Source: Eledone cirrhosa (taxonomy: Eukaryota). From it: a stretch of DNA of 64,000 nucleotides. The notes below the pieces were generated by a model, which saw nothing but the letters and a program-made list of their open reading frames with translations, made no database searches and was not told the origin of the DNA. Shown piece after piece: positions 39,450 through 54,400 of the stretch (its first letter is position 1; each line of letters opens with the position of its first letter). The stretch covers positions 66,712,001 to 66,776,000 of the forward strand of contig OZ024740.1 in assembly GCA_964016885.1 (NCBI GenBank). The letters are read 5' to 3'. A program made the translations under genes and the position numbers.

Positions 39450-41805
39450 TGTGAAAATAGGGAGATAAAGACGATTATTAGGTAGAAACATTTTTCTTTT
39501 CCCTTATATTTTTTTCTCTTTTTTGTGGGTTAGAAAATGTTTAAAACAAAATATTTTCCTTTGTGTGAAGTGTTAAGGTATTAGTTAATTTATTTATTAA
39601 TTAACATAACAATCGCATTTATTTATTTATTTATATATTTAATAATTCTCTATTACCGGTTTCAGCATTTTATGCATTATCAAATGCATAATATGGTGTA
39701 AAATGTTGGTGATGTTGAACATGTTAAGGAAAAGGTGAACATAAAATAATGTTACTTACAAACAAGGTTTTTGAAATGAAAAGAAAAAAAGAAAAAGGGG
39801 GTAATGTGGAACGTAAGGTAATGGGAAAGAAACAAATAATATTATATACTGGCATAGTTTTTGAAGATAAGCAGTTCAAAATGTGTTATTATGACAAGAG
39901 TGCTTAGTTCATACATGATGGAGGCAAATGGTAGCCAGTCTGTGGTTTGTTATGATTTCCCTTTTTAGAGAGTTAATAACAAGAGGAGGTAATTCAGGGT
40001 AGCCAGGTAGGGGAGAGAGAAATGATAGGGGGTAATTCATTTATATAAGAACAGGGATTAGGTAGGGTGTGAGGGAGGTAACTCTTTAGAGAACATAGGG
40101 ATTCGGTTTTGGTTAATTGTTCGTTACAGTTTTATTTTAGTCCGAAGTTTAGTCCATGTCCATTAAGTAGAGATTGGAATGTGTTAATGAAGTACGTTTC
40201 CTTATTGGTACGATGGATGAAAGAAGCGTTGTCTATGAATTTGTAAATGGGGAAAATGTTAAGGTTTGGATGTTGGTTGGGTGTACAATTGGCGATATGT
40301 TCACTAAAAGCATTCTGTCTGTATTCCTCTATTTTTATTTGTGATCTATGGACGGTCATACGTTGTCGGAGGCTGTTTTTTTACTGTCCTATGTAGTGCT
40401 CTTGACAATCTGAGCAGGTCAAAACATACATTAGGTTTTCAGATGCACTTGTAAAGTTGTGTTTAACTGTGAAATATTGTCCTTGTTTAAAATGGACTGT
40501 TGAACCTTCTATTAGATTTATGCATATGCCACAGTTATGCCTTCCGCATCTTTTTACTGTAGGGTTCATTGCGAGGGTTGGTTGGATTTTAGCTTGTGTG
40601 AGTATGTTTTTTTATGGATTTAGGTTGTCTTTTGCTCTTTATGATGTTGTATGTTTGGAGAATTTTGTTCATTCTTGGGTCTCTTTTTAGTAAAGGAATA
40701 TTCTGGAAAATGGTGTCGAATGCCTCATGGTTGAGGGGGTTGTGTGTGCAGATGTATTGTGTTACAGTTCATTCCTGGGTTTGGGGTGTCTGAGTTCCTG
40801 GATGTTGAATTTTAGGGCACATTTGTATCCATTGTTCATTAAGGATGGTGGGTAGTAGCTGCTGATAAGTGTGTTCTTTAATACTTCTAGTCGTATGTAG
40901 CATGTGTATTTATCTGAAACTATTGTGCAGATCCTTCTAGCTAGTCGATAAAGAATTGCCATTTTGGTATGGCGAGAGAGGCACAAGTTGAATTGAAGAT
41001 ATTGTTTGGAGTCTGTGGATTTGTAGTATATGTCTGTTTCTATTTGTTGTTTGTTTTCTATTTGTTGTTTGTTTTCTTGATGAGAATGTCGAGAAAACGG
41101 AGTTGTTCATGGCTGTAATCCATTGTAAACTCAATCAGTCTTTCTATACTTTCATACCAGAGGATGAAGGAGTCGTCCATATATCTCTTCCATTTTTTGT
41201 CTATGTGTAGGTAGAAGTAGTTACCGTATTTGTCTACAACTTTGCGGTAGAGAGTGGTTTCCAAATATCCCATGACAAGGGAGGCGTACTTTCGTGCCCA
41301 TATCAGTCCCAGATTTCTGTCTGTAGTATTTGGCATCGAATTCGAAGAAGTTTGGTTCCAAGATGTATTTGAGTTCCCCCAACACAAATTCTTTAGGGAT
41401 GCGCTGTGGGAGTTCACTAGGGAAATTTTCAAGCCAGAATTGTATTGCCTCTATACCTAGATTGTGTGGGATATTGGAATATAAATTGATGAAATCAAAG
41501 GTTACTAGTAGGGTATTTTCATTATTAACTGTTGTTGGGAGGTGGTTGAACATGTCAACGTCGTCACCTTTGAATCTTTTTCTGTGTTTTAGGAAAGGTT
41601 TAAGCAGATTATCTAGGAAGTTGGTGAGGCGGTGAGTTTCACATGTAGTACCTGCTATTATGGGTCTTAATTTAAGGTCATCAGGAGGTGGTATATTGAT
41701 GTAAATGTATGTGGCTTGCTTGCAGGCCCTGCCTATTACTTCGCATTTGTGTGTCTTTGGGATACCGTAGAAGAGGGTGGTTCTGCTTCTGAAATTGGTG
41801 ATGTA
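39450..41805 (-). mobile_element. Decayed 5'-truncated Neptune-like PLE (second family), RT + GIY-YIG + pLTR
   Basis: LLVTFDFINLYSNI, GTDMGT, KRYMDDSF, CGRHNCGIC, ENLMYVLTCSDCQEHYIGQ; many frameshifts; bounded by (TA)n. Confidence 0.9.
39651..39687 (-). ncRNA. Hammerhead motif with U3:A8 core in Neptune pLTR
   Basis: Minus: TTGATAA-TGCAT-AAA-ATGCT-GAAA-CCGG-TA-ATAG; stem I weak. Confidence 0.6.
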
Positions 41806-41813
41806 GTTGTATA

Positions 41814-41902
<89 letters not shown>

Positions 41903-41907
<5 letters not shown>

Positions 41908-42095
41908 TAAACGGAATAGAAAATGCTGACAAATTGTTCACAGTTGAAAAATGGTTTAATTAGGAATAAAAGAGTATTAGTGATTGTATGGGTTAGTATT
42001 AAGTTGTGGTTTTAAGTTTTTAAGTTTTTACCGGTTGAGCATTTCTAAATGCTTTTCAAAAATAATTTTGAGATAGAGTGTCCGTGCTGTTTGCT
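41903..42095 (-). mobile_element. Solo pLTR of the Neptune-like family of 31991/56874
   Basis: Matches 33805-33985 (inverted) and 56872-57053. Confidence 0.8.
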
Positions 42096-42109
42096 ATATA
42101 TATATAAGT

Positions 42110-44826
42110 GATTACACAACACAGTGGTTACACAACAGTTAGTTCACCATACCGAGAACACAATTGCTTCAACTTAGCGGATCCTAAGCTCGTAATGGAC
42201 ATGGTTATACGGAACAGGAGGGACAACGCGCATGCGCAGAAACCGTCACTTCACAGATGCAATACTAAAAAGCGTGCGACATGTAAGGGAGATAACAGCG
42301 GATGTCCGAAAGTTTCTAGTTGATAAGAAAATTAGGATGTTGTTGTGATTATGTAAGAAGGGTTTGTAAGTATATACGAGCTTTGTAATTATGCAAGAGG
42401 TGTTTCGTGACGTGTGGACAACGTGTGAAGAATTCAAATCTCATGTTTAGGCAATCACTATTGCATAATCTCTTTAGAATATTTATTCGCTCATCAATAC
42501 ATAGTCCGCATGACGGATTTCCCCTTGCCTATGGCTTGGACTTAGTGATGGCTTTCCATTGAATGGAGTAGTCTATACTTGAGTCATTGAGGGAGCATAC
42601 GTGGCTTGCGAGTTTCGTGGATGAACGTCTGTCCGGGTACCTAAAGGTCGACAGGTGGTTCAGGAAGTGTTCCTTCAATCGGCCCTCCGCCATATCCACA
42701 TATGATTTGACCTCCTGTGGTTGGTTTGGTGGGTTGGAAGTGACCAGAGCTTCATAAATTACAGCGGGTGTATTGCATTGCTTTTGAACGGGACAAGCTT
42801 CGGGTTTACGGCAAGAGCACCCTGGTGGGGTGTTGGCCTTAGGGTTGTTGGTGATGTGGGCCTTCATGTTCTTAGCGCAGTAGTATCCTAGTGTTACTTT
42901 GTGTCGGTTAAAAATGAAGCGGTATTTATGACCTATGGGGAAGTGTCTATCTGAGAGGGCTAGAAATGTTTTGCCTACAGTGGTTTTAACGTTGAGTGAA
43001 AAGGGATGAGAGAACCAGATAGTTTGTCTATTGTTACGCTTTCTTTTCTTATTGCTGTTGTTGATAGTGGGAGAGTAAGCGGTAGGTTACGAGAAGCCCC
43101 TGTTAGCTAACTCCGTGTTATAGTTGCGTGCTGTCAAAGATAGCTTTATTAGAGGAGAGGTTTGAGATTCTAGTACTGATATTATTTACGAAGTTTCTAA
43201 AAACAGTGGGAGGGTGGCATGAGTCCTTGTAAATGTAAGTGAGTTTTTCGTTTAGCTTATGGTAGGTGTGTGAGCGAAGGTCTAAATTAATGTCTAAGAA
43301 ATCGACGCTAGAGAGTTTGGTAGCTACTGTTATCATAAGTCCTAACTCATTAAAGGTAGAAGCTAAGTCCTTTTTAAACCGGTCGAAGTCGTGACCACTG
43401 TTATGGCTCCATAAGGTCAGTCCGTCGTCGTGGTATATTCCCGTGTGGAAGTCCGGGAATCTAACACGTAATATATCTAAAATAAATAGGCCAACCAAGT
43501 CGCATACGTCAGCACTGTCAAACGATCCCATGGAGACATCGAATAGGTCTGAAGTTGCTGACTTCTTTGCCCAGACTAACCGTCGTTGAAGAGGAGGGTT
43601 TTTCCGGCAGTGAGTGATGATTTCCCTGTCTAAACCATCGACGGCAGTGTAAGTGGTAGCGAAGTCCAACGATTTGTTTAACAGGGTCTCTGAGATCGAC
43701 TGGTAAAAATCAATAATGTCGAACTGTGTGAACTTCGCTTTTTGGGATTTGAAGGAGCTGAACCACTTAATTACAGAGTTGTTGTTCTCCTACTGTGACA
43801 GGTTGGACTTGGTCCTAATGGTCTTAACTATGTTTATAATATGGCCTTACTGACTAGTCCCATATCTGTACGTGCCGGGTTTATTAGTCTACGTGTGGGG
43901 TTAGAAGTAAAGTCTACTTTGTGATCTTTCAGGGCAAGGAACGTCTCCCGCTTAGCTAGGGATTGTAGCTTCTTATCTACCTTAAGGGCGGCGGCAAGTT
44001 CTTTGGCTTCTGTACTAATGTCGTGTTAGGCCATAGAGTTAGCTTTCTTATATTTGGAAGTAATAGGGTATTAGGCCAGGTGGCGGAATTATGTGTTGTC
44101 GACTTCGTAAATATTATTAGTTTTTTTCGGAAGAACGAAAGTGTTATTAGAAGACCTAAATTTCTTAATATCATTTCTAAGTTTAGTTTGAAAGGTGTTA
44201 GAGTGTTTTCGAAAGGAAATGTTAGCGACTAAGTCAAGAAGGTCCGCCTCGAAAGGAGCAAGTTCAGTTACCTTAGGAGGGTAGGCTCTCGATTTCAGGT
44301 TGAAGGTGTTATTGGTGCCTGCAATTTTGCCGTCAAAAGCTAGGGCTCGCCATCTTAAGCGTCTGACGACATCTTCCGCTTTGTGTAGGAGAAGCTTTTG
44401 GTAAACAAGGATGGAGGGATTTGGAATGTTCTTCAGGAAGTAATCCAGTTCGTATAAATCCACACTGACGTTGATGAGACACAAAGTTGTGTAGGACACG
44501 AGGATATAGAGAGCGCTTTCAGGGTAGTAAGCCAAACTCGCACGTGGTGAAGAATCTGCTAAAAGCCAAACTTCTATGTAGTGAAGATAATCTGCTGACC
44601 GATGCTGGAGACGTATACAGAGGTAGAAGACTGGAAGGTAATATCCGTAGTGGTAGAGAACTCAATCCATGGGACGAGTTAGGTAGAAGTGGTTACACAA
44701 CAGTTAATTTACCATACCGAGAACAATTGTTTCACCTTAGCGGATCCACAGCTCGTAATGGACATGGTTATACGGAACAGGAAGGACAACTGTACGAACG
44801 CGCATGCACAGAAATGGTCACTTCAC
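42110..44826 (-). mobile_element. Full-length decayed Nematis-like PLE with ~140-bp direct pLTRs
   Basis: LKNIPNP..VVRRLRWRAL, MGSFDSADVCDLVG, GIYHDDGL, DFLDINL, CSCRKPEACPVQKQC..VIYEA; repeats ~42120-42252 / 44688-44826. Confidence 0.92.
44718..44755 (-). ncRNA. Degenerate hammerhead in 5' pLTR (second copy 42153-42192)
   Basis: Minus: CGAG-CTGTGGA-TCCGCTAAGGT-GAAAC-AATT-GTT-CTCG; palindromic stem III ACAATTGT. Confidence 0.7.
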
Positions 44827-45476
44827 CCTGGCATATATATATATGTGTGTGTGTTTATATATGTATATGTATATCAGTGTGTGTGTGTTTGTGCGTGCGT
44901 ATATTCATTCATATTTCTCTTAATATATATGTATTGCTGGGTCTTTTGGCATAACTAGATATCCAATAATCTATCTATATTTCCAGTTCATTGAAATTAT
45001 ATCTAAGTAGCTCTTCCTCCGCGGTCTTAACGGATGGCAGGAAAAAGACTTCATAATTTTAAGGGATATTATTACGTATAAATTTGGTGCATATATCATG
45101 ATATCACTGGAGTTATTTTCATTTTCTTATTTAGTTATATCCCCTTAAAGAAAAAAAAAATATGACCATATTAATATTTTTCTCCCTTTATATCCTGAGG
45201 CATTTTCGCTTTACAAAGATATAAAAAGACACACGAATCATATATGCTTGAAATCCCCATACGATATATTACGGCGGTAAAGTTGTAATTAATGTTATAT
45301 TCAGAGAACGGTGCGTTAAAGCATTGTAGTCTTATTTTTCAACTTAATGAAATTAGCTTAAATATTATTTTAGCGACATTGTCAGACACGTGTCACTGAG
45401 ATGTGAATATCAATATACACTTACTAAACATGATTCGTGTCTGTATGATTAATTCATTTGAATAAATGTATATCAA

Positions 45477-45621
<145 letters not shown>

Positions 45622-46462
45622 GTTTATATATATATATGCATATATATATATATATCAAATGTCAATTTAGGAAATAATTTCAATGTTCGATTCTCTTCAA
45701 TTGTAGATTATTTATGTGATTTTTCCTGAATACAAATTAGTTTGTCATTTTATAAATCTAAACTTTGCAACACGTTTGTATTAATGTAGTGAGTTCAATG
45801 AATAAAGGTAAATCAAATATTGTATTGGAAAAAAAGATTGTAAATTGCTGATATAAATGTCTTTAATTAATTTCGTTCGATCGAATGTTCAATTAGTTGT
45901 GTTAACGTCTGAGATGAAGAACTACATATCAACTATGTTTGACAGCCAATTATACCTTATACAAACAGTTAGTATAATAGTTACATTTCTGACGAGAGTT
46001 AAAAGTACTATGGGCGATAACCAGTACCATTTTTGCTATATAACTTTTGTATTCTCTAGTATACTAACTAACATTCATTGAAACACTAAAGAAACCTCAC
46101 TGGGATTCAATTCAGTAAGAGACTATTCACACTCCACACAAGTATGACATGCAACAATGTCAAATATCTTGATATAGTGTCTAGTATTATGTTAGGCTAA
46201 ATGTGTCACCATAATTATATTCAATTATTACTAGTGCTTTGTTCAATCTTCTTAATATTTCGGGGATTGACAGCATTTACTTAAGGCTCTTTTACATTAA
46301 TAGTTCAAATCCCATCGAAATCAACAGGTCGATAAAATAATGTACGAGACAATTATTGAGTTCCATATATTCGAATTTAATTGCCCTAAATCGCTGACAT
46401 TGTGGCAAAATTAGAAATCATTCTTATGTGTGGTGGATTGAAAGTATTGAGAGAGAGAGGGG

Positions 46463-46544
<82 letters not shown>

Positions 46545-46547
<3 letters not shown>

Positions 46548-46640
46548 TTTGCTTTTCATCCTTACGGGGTCGATAAAATACGGTACCAGTAATGCACTAG
46601 GATAGTTGCTGGTCTTGTGCCAAAAGTAGAAACAATTATT
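46545..46640 (+). mobile_element. Meta-domain SINE 3' half after (GA)n
   Basis: aactttgcttttcatccttacggggtcgataaaata..ccaaaagtagaaacaattatt. Confidence 0.75.
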
Positions 46641-47771
46641 TTACGGTCCATAAAACAAAGTACTATCAATGAACTGGGACCGACTGAATGAACTTTCCTG
46701 TCTCCCAATTGCTGGACTTCTGCCAAAATTAACATTTCTTTTTATATGACATGACATAAATGTTTATGTAACACGAATTGAATGATCTACCTCTGCAACC
46801 AACTTGTTGCAGAGAAGGAGTGAGAGAGGGGGGGTGCATGTGTGTGTGTGAGTGAATGTAGCAATGAGTATGTATGTGGGGTTATGTGTGTGTATGCATT
46901 TATATATATATATATAATGCAGATGGTTCAGTAAGTCCGAAGGAAACTGGTGAGAATACCATGGTCAGCACTCGATGCAGAGCGGAGTGTATATAATAAG
47001 AACAAAGTGTAGGATTAGGAAGATTTGGAGTCTGGTCTGGAATGACAACCCAGATCACGAGCCGGTTGCTTGAGAAACATTTGTAACCAGGATTGAGTAA
47101 TAATTCACCTCTGAAACAGCTCCATTTTGTTCTTATATATATAGTAATAATAATAAATGTGAAAACTAAAATCTAAACGGTTCGATAAGGATAAATATAT
47201 AGCAAATATATAAGAACACGATAGCAAATATTTATTAAAATAACAGATTAAAGTTTACCCTTGGGTGAAATCAGCGATTCTCAGAAAAAAAAAAACAGAC
47301 TTACTCCTTTAAATAACTCCCAGCTAATGCTAGGAAACAATACAGAAAGACATTTATAATATGGTTCTAATCTCCATTCTCGCTCAATGTTAAAATTAAC
47401 GTAGCGACATATTTGGTTGCCCTTATTGACAAACAGTTCCCCATAAACCATAAGTATAGTTGAATATGTAACCGACACCTCCTTCCATTCTCTCCCATTC
47501 CATAAGAAGTCTCTAGTGGAAATCTAATCCTAACAACATAGTCCTTCAAGATGTCAGACTGACGGACGAGGTGCAGGAATATTTTTTCAGCGTAATGCGC
47601 ATATATTATGGATGTGTATACGTCTTAGGTATTTGAATTTTCGCATTTTAGTTATTCACTATGTAGCGTTGTTTTGACGAAATATTTCTGATCTCCGTTG
47701 CCATATACTGTTTATCTCTTTTGCCAGATCATTACATTTAGTTTCTATTCAGTTTATTCGATTTCCTCTGG

Positions 47772-47852
<81 letters not shown>

Positions 47853-47856
<4 letters not shown>

Positions 47857-49152
47857 GCAGGCAATAAAGTAATTCCGTTTATTGCAAATAGATAGAGTTA
47901 CGATATTTTTAAATGACTCTTTTCAATGTTATGATTTTCTTCCATTTGGCATTTGATAGCCGTTGCTTTCAACTTACTTTAGAAGCAAATTGCGCGTAAT
48001 TTTGTTTACAACTGTTAGCTCAATGTACATTTTCACATGGAGTGCAAAAACGAACATTTTCGCCATATTTTGCTTTTTTTATTTCCGTAAAGGCAAGAAT
48101 GCTGCTAAGGGTCACAAAGAAATATGTGAAGTTTATGGTGTTGATTGCTTAACAGAATGCACATGTCAGAAATGGTTTTTAAAAATTCCGCTCTTGAGAT
48201 TTTTGGCTCACAGATGAGCAACGTCCTGGTCGACTTACTGCAGATGATGATGACCGAATCAAAGCCATAATTTAATCTGATTCTCATATAACTGTGTGAG
48301 AAATTGCAGAGAGGTTAAATGTATCACACAAAACAATTGAAAATCACTTAAAATGTCTTGAACTCGTTAAACAGCTCGATATTTGGGTTCCACATAAATT
48401 GAAAGAAATTCACTTAACACAGCGAATCAATGTTTGCGATATGCAATGAAATCAATTTTTGCAATATGCAGTGAAATCGCTCTTTTATTGAAACGAATCA
48501 TTACTGGTGATGAAAAATGGATTGTGTACAATAATATCAATCGAAAACGATTATGGTCCTAGCGTAATGTACCAGCACAAACCATGTCGAAAGTTGAATT
48601 GCATAAAAAAGGTCATGCTGTCAATTTGGTGCGGATTACAAAGGTATTGTGTATTTTGCGCTGCTTCCAAGTAACCAAACGATCAATTCAGATGTTCACT
48701 GTCAACAACTAATGACACTGGAGGAAGCAATCACAAAAAAAACGGCCAGAATTGGCAAATCGTAAAGGAATTGTGTTCCACCATGACAACGTTTAGACTA
48801 CACACGTCTTTGCTAAATTATTAGAGCTTGTTTGGGAAGTGATGTCACATGAAACATATAGCCACGACCATGCACCGTCAGATTACCATTTATTTAGAAT
48901 TTCCACAATTCTTTGACTTGTAAAACTTTCAATAATACATTTGAAATGACCTGAAATTGTACATGCTTAAGTTTGGGGCTGATAATGACCAGAAGTTCTA
49001 TGAGCGCGGAATCATGAAATTGCCAGAAATATTGCAAAAGATCATCGAGCAAAACAGAAAATATATAATTGATTAAAGTTTATACTTTGTATGAAAAGAA
49101 TTAACCTTTATTCACACAAAAAAAAAACGAAATTACTTTCTTGCCAACCAGC
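47853..49152 (+). mobile_element. Mariner transposon, full length (~1.3 kb), decayed
   Basis: ~28-bp TIRs ttgggcaggcaataaagtaattccgttt / aaacgaaattactttcttgccaaccagc, flanked by TA in (TA)n. Confidence 0.93.
48037..49076 (+). pseudogene. Mariner transposase pseudogene
   Basis: MECKNEHFRHIL.., WVPHKL, IITGDEKWI, FHHDN, YSHDHAPSDYHLF (YSPDLAPSD motif), ..KYIID*. Confidence 0.92.
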
Positions 49153-49226
49153 TATATATATATATACATATTTTCAGTGATAATGTAAAGCGCTCAACAA
49201 TACAGAGTATATGCATAGGCTTTTGC

Positions 49227-49313
<87 letters not shown>

Positions 49314-49725
49314 ACGAAGGAAATGTGGTAAGGAACCAGGTGGACCATAATGCACCAAAGTACTCAATACTTAGGGTAGTAGAGTGGGTAATAGGAACAA
49401 GTAAGACCCCGACGGCTGAGCTCAAGCCGTTTCGACGGCAAATTCTGGACTATATGTGTGTGTGTATGTGTGTGTGTGTGTGTGTGTGTCGGTGTGTGAG
49501 TGTGTGTCTGTGTGTGCATGTGTGTGTAATCTGGGTTTTTCGAATATTAATAATAACATTCGAATAGTTTGCAATTATGCAAACAAGCCTCATTCTACTG
49601 TCATGGCTTTAAAAATGAGGCTTGATTGCATAATTGCAAACGATTCGAATGTTATTATTAATATTCGAAAAACTCAGATTACATTTATTGTATTCAGCCA
49701 TGTAGAGCGAACATTCTTTTTATAA

Positions 49726-49756
<31 letters not shown>

Positions 49757-49787
49757 AAAAAAACAAACGCACACACAAAAAAAACAA

Positions 49788-49866
<79 letters not shown>

Positions 49867-49939
49867 AACCAGTAAGACCCTGACGGCTGAGCTCAACCCA
49901 GATTACACACAAATGCACACACACACACTCACACACCGA

Positions 49940-49978
<39 letters not shown>

Positions 49979-50196
49979 TAATTCTGAATTAGCCGTCGAA
50001 ACGGCTTGAGCTCAGCCGTCGGGGTCTTACTGGTTTCTATTACCCACTCTACTACCCTAAGTATTGAATACTTTGGTGCGTTATGGTCCACCTGGTTCCT
50101 TACCACATTTCCTTCGTTATATGTATATATATATATTTGGGTTGGCAAGAAGGTAATTACGGTATATATAAATATATATATATATGTGTGATTGTG

Positions 50197-50267
<71 letters not shown>

Positions 50268-50310
50268 GTATGTATATATATATGTATATATATATAATAT
50301 ATATATATAT

Positions 50311-50377
<67 letters not shown>

Positions 50378-50592
50378 AACAGATGGCAAAATGAGTGGAC
50401 CTGTTACTTTCCTCTAAAAACATTTTTCCGACTCCGCCTTACATGTCCCTTCAATCGGCCGAAACGCCCTTAACGTTCGAAACATGTTAAGACCGTCTTC
50501 CAGGTATTTCAAGCGTTATACTAATATATTCCTTCTGTACCGATTGTGTTATTATTTCTGTTTAAGTTTTACACCACACACATACCCCCCCC

Positions 50593-50683
<91 letters not shown>

Positions 50684-51374
50684 TTATTTACTTCTGTTTA
50701 AATTGCTACAGTAAGTAAGAGACATTCCATTTCCGGGTTAGATTTGATAGTAATAATTTGAGAAATGTATTCAAACTCAGTGTATAACCAACTTGTCACT
50801 GTCCGCGATTGATTCTGGTCTATATTTTTATTATCTCATTTCAGTGCATAATATTCTTTTTTATTTTCATATTCTTGGCATAGTGCCCGAGTATGAAATC
50901 TCGAACACCTTTGAGTATTTCTTCTCTAATCCGCACAATAATGTTTAGCAATGTTATTAGTATTAAACTCAATATATAACAAATATGGTGGTTACTTCAG
51001 TACTTTCAGATATTTGACAGTTAGTTACTTGTTTCTGACAGTCATATCCAAACCCCAATGTGACAAACATATTTAATCGGTGTAATTTTAATTGGCAATA
51101 TTTGTTCTCTGTATATGTTGTGTGGGCTCTGCTCTTGAAATTACTACGGTGTTGATGTCTTCTATACGTTCTATGTACTAAGGAACTTTATTTGGCGGTG
51201 ATTGTATTGTGTGTCTGCTATACTGCTTGTTATAATACTACGTAGCGATTTTCAGAGCAGAGTTTCTAGAATATTCTAATGTAATATAATCCATCAACGT
51301 TTCCACAACACAACTTAAACTTGGTACGAAGTTATTTAAATTCAAATGTTAAAGATTTTTATTTTTATAGAGTA

Positions 51375-51899
51375 CTAGCAGTAAAGCCCGGCGTTGCTCG
51401 GGGTCGCTCAGTAGCTGTGTTAAAGTTACAATGTTAAGTTTCTTTTTTGGCTTAAAAACTGCAGTGTCTACTGTGCAGACTTGCATGTGGTGTTTTTGAT
51501 TGATATTCCCTCAACCAACAATATGCCTTATGAAGTTAAGAAAACAACGATAACCCGAATGTTAAAACAAAAGAGGATGCTGGGGATACAAAACTGCACT
51601 GGTTATTTATTAACAAAGATCGAAAATGTAAACACTGCAACGCAGAGAAAAACAACGTAATACGCTCAATGTAAACAGAACAAAGGGAAATAACTCGTCA
51701 CTTACGCTCAAAAATCGATACATTAGATTCAATTTCGTCACATAGGGTGGGTCAATTTGAAATATTTTTTTCCGATGTCTTCGCTAGGGCTCAATGTACA
51801 AGTATAGCAATTTCGGTGCAATTCCGTCAGAGATTCTAAGAGGAAATGTGTGCCAAAAATCGATAGACAGACAGACAACCACAGCTTTATATATATAGA
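51375..51899 (-). mobile_element. Non-autonomous Helitron (~525 bp)
   Basis: Minus strand 5' A|TCTATATATATAAAGC ... hairpin CCCGAGCAACGCCGGG, 8 nt, CTAG|T. Confidence 0.88.
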
Positions 51900-52025
51900 T
51901 TTATTGAATAATTAAAAGTGAAAGTTTTACGAAAAACCATTAATTTGAATACTTTGTTTCTTTTTCCACCCAACAGTCATATTCTCTGTACTTGGAAAAA
52001 CAACTTTTACAATGTGTATAAACAT

Positions 52026-52270
52026 GAGGTGGAGGCATGTGGCCTAGTGAAGGGTGCGTTGGACTTACGATCATACTGTCTTGGGTTCAATCCGTGGGCT
52101 GGATTGCGTGTTGTGTTCTTCAGCAAAACACTTCATTTCGCGTTACTCCAGTTTACTGAGCTGAAATTGACCATGCGATTGGCTGAGGATTTTTGTACTC
52201 TCAGTCGCTTCACGCCATGAAACAGGGACAATTAGCGGTATAATGAGCCTTCTGGCTTAAGACAGTCTTT
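52026..52270 (+). mobile_element. tRNA-derived CORE-type SINE
   Basis: A box gtggcctagtg, B box ggttcaatcc, CORE-like gttgtgttcttcagcaaaacacttca. Confidence 0.65.
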
Positions 52271-53503
52271 CGACTTAGATAAACGTAAGTGACTTGCTGT
52301 TTTTACTGTTGTTTTTTTTTTACATGTTTTCTCATAGTCAATATATTACCGAACACAAGGCTCTATGCATTATTAATAAACTAATTTTTCTCTTAACATA
52401 TGCTGCATATTTCGTTTGCGAGTATTCTTATCGTTGACATTTTTTTGACAACTCTCTAATCTGTATTGTAGACGCGAGTTACTGCAGCGACAATGATGTT
52501 TATCATAGAATAAAAAGTATCATTCCAATTGTTGATAACTTTAGACCTGTTGTCAAACTGAACAGGCAAATCCCCGATAACTGCAGCCATATCGTTGTCG
52601 TGTACAAAAGGTTTCAGTTTTCAGGTCAAGGCGTGAACAGGAGGCTCAGCAAACCCAGTTTCATATTCCATTTTTTTGGATACATGGGTTTTCATTTTAC
52701 CCCTGGCATTGAATATGTGTATCTAAAATTAATCTTTCCATTTCTGCACTAAATTCGAAACGTTTGTGCCATCTATCTCATCTATTCCTTTATATCGTCT
52801 CTTGCAGTATGTTAGAGTTATTTCGTCATTTTTATTTGTATATATTGGTTGGTGTTTTGATTGTCCTATATTGATTGACCTATTTTGATTGACCTTAAAT
52901 AATTTTTTCACGGTAGTAAACATCTAGCTTGGAATTATTTACTTTTATAAACTTATTTACTTCATATTCTTCTATTAAGACAATTACAGCCTCTGCACAT
53001 TCTCCTAAATACGTTTATATTTACTGTTTACTTCTAATATTTATTTCCAGTGTTTCTCTATCTGTATCAGGACCTTCCTTCTCTCTGAGTGGAATAGATA
53101 TATAATATTTTACTTTATCAACTGACTTTAATTAAATAAGTAATTTGGTTATAGCAGTAGATCATATCTGATGTTTATTACAACTGCTTGTCTTTATTGT
53201 AGCAATTCTTTCATTTTATTATTATTTCCATAGTTTATTTTGCATCCATGTTTATGTTTTAAGTACGTGTGATTGTAATACAGATTTCTGTATTGAATAC
53301 AATCATTTATACATGTTTACGCTTCTAGTGACAATTCATGTATTACATCTATGAATATATTATGAACATTTCATGACATAGTTATCACAAACTCACCGAA
53401 CGGTTTAATAATATTTGTTGATGATTAATAACTGTACCTCATAAACAAAGAATTTATATATATATATATATATATATATGGTACATATATATATAGATAT
53501 ATG

Positions 53504-53553
<50 letters not shown>

Positions 53554-53699
53554 TACATATGCATATAGTTATAACTGGAGTCATATGACTCCAGTTCCCC
53601 AGTGAATTAACAACCCAACAAGGAACTGGGCATATCAGAGTATTGACAATATCATACACCTAAACAACATATGTACTTGTCTATACCATACTAATTCAA

Positions 53700-53754
53700 A
53701 CTGCCTGAAGAGGTCACAGCCAAAGATGGCTGTCACTGAAATATATATAGCAGT
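53700..53754 (+). ncRNA. Minimal type-I hammerhead ribozyme in solo module 53570-53800
   Basis: Identical to 28126-28180; 53620-53800 matches 28046-28228. Confidence 0.9.
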
Positions 53755-53823
53755 AATAAACGAAGCTAAATTTTAATCATTTGACTTTTATTTAACTTTA
53801 TTTTATATATATATATATATATG

Positions 53824-53969
<146 letters not shown>

Positions 53970-53970
53970 A

Positions 53971-54011
<41 letters not shown>

Positions 54012-54129
54012 TAATACATATATAAATATAATATATATATATATAATATATATATATATATATAATATATAATATATATAATATATATATAAATATAATA
54101 TATATATATATAATATATATATATATATA

Positions 54130-54175
<46 letters not shown>

Positions 54176-54336
54176 ACATATATATAGATACATATATATA
54201 TATATGCAAAAGTTTTATTTAAAATTGTTGGGTTACAACAAGTAAATATTTTATAACCGATATAAAGTACTCGACAATTTTTCGAATGGATATACAATAT
54301 TAAACAAATGGAAACTATATTTATAAAACCATATTT

Positions 54337-54400
54337 ATTTCATTATACATATTTCAGGGATACCATATTAAAAATATGGCATGCCTTCGTCAGATAAAAT
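54337..54400 (-). ncRNA. Hammerhead ribozyme, minus-strand arm of palindrome
   Basis: Reverse complement of 54543-54606. Confidence 0.85.

Noticed and set aside
50440-50495. GAAAC-AT-GTT as HHR 3' half
   Set aside because: No recognisable core or stem I partner
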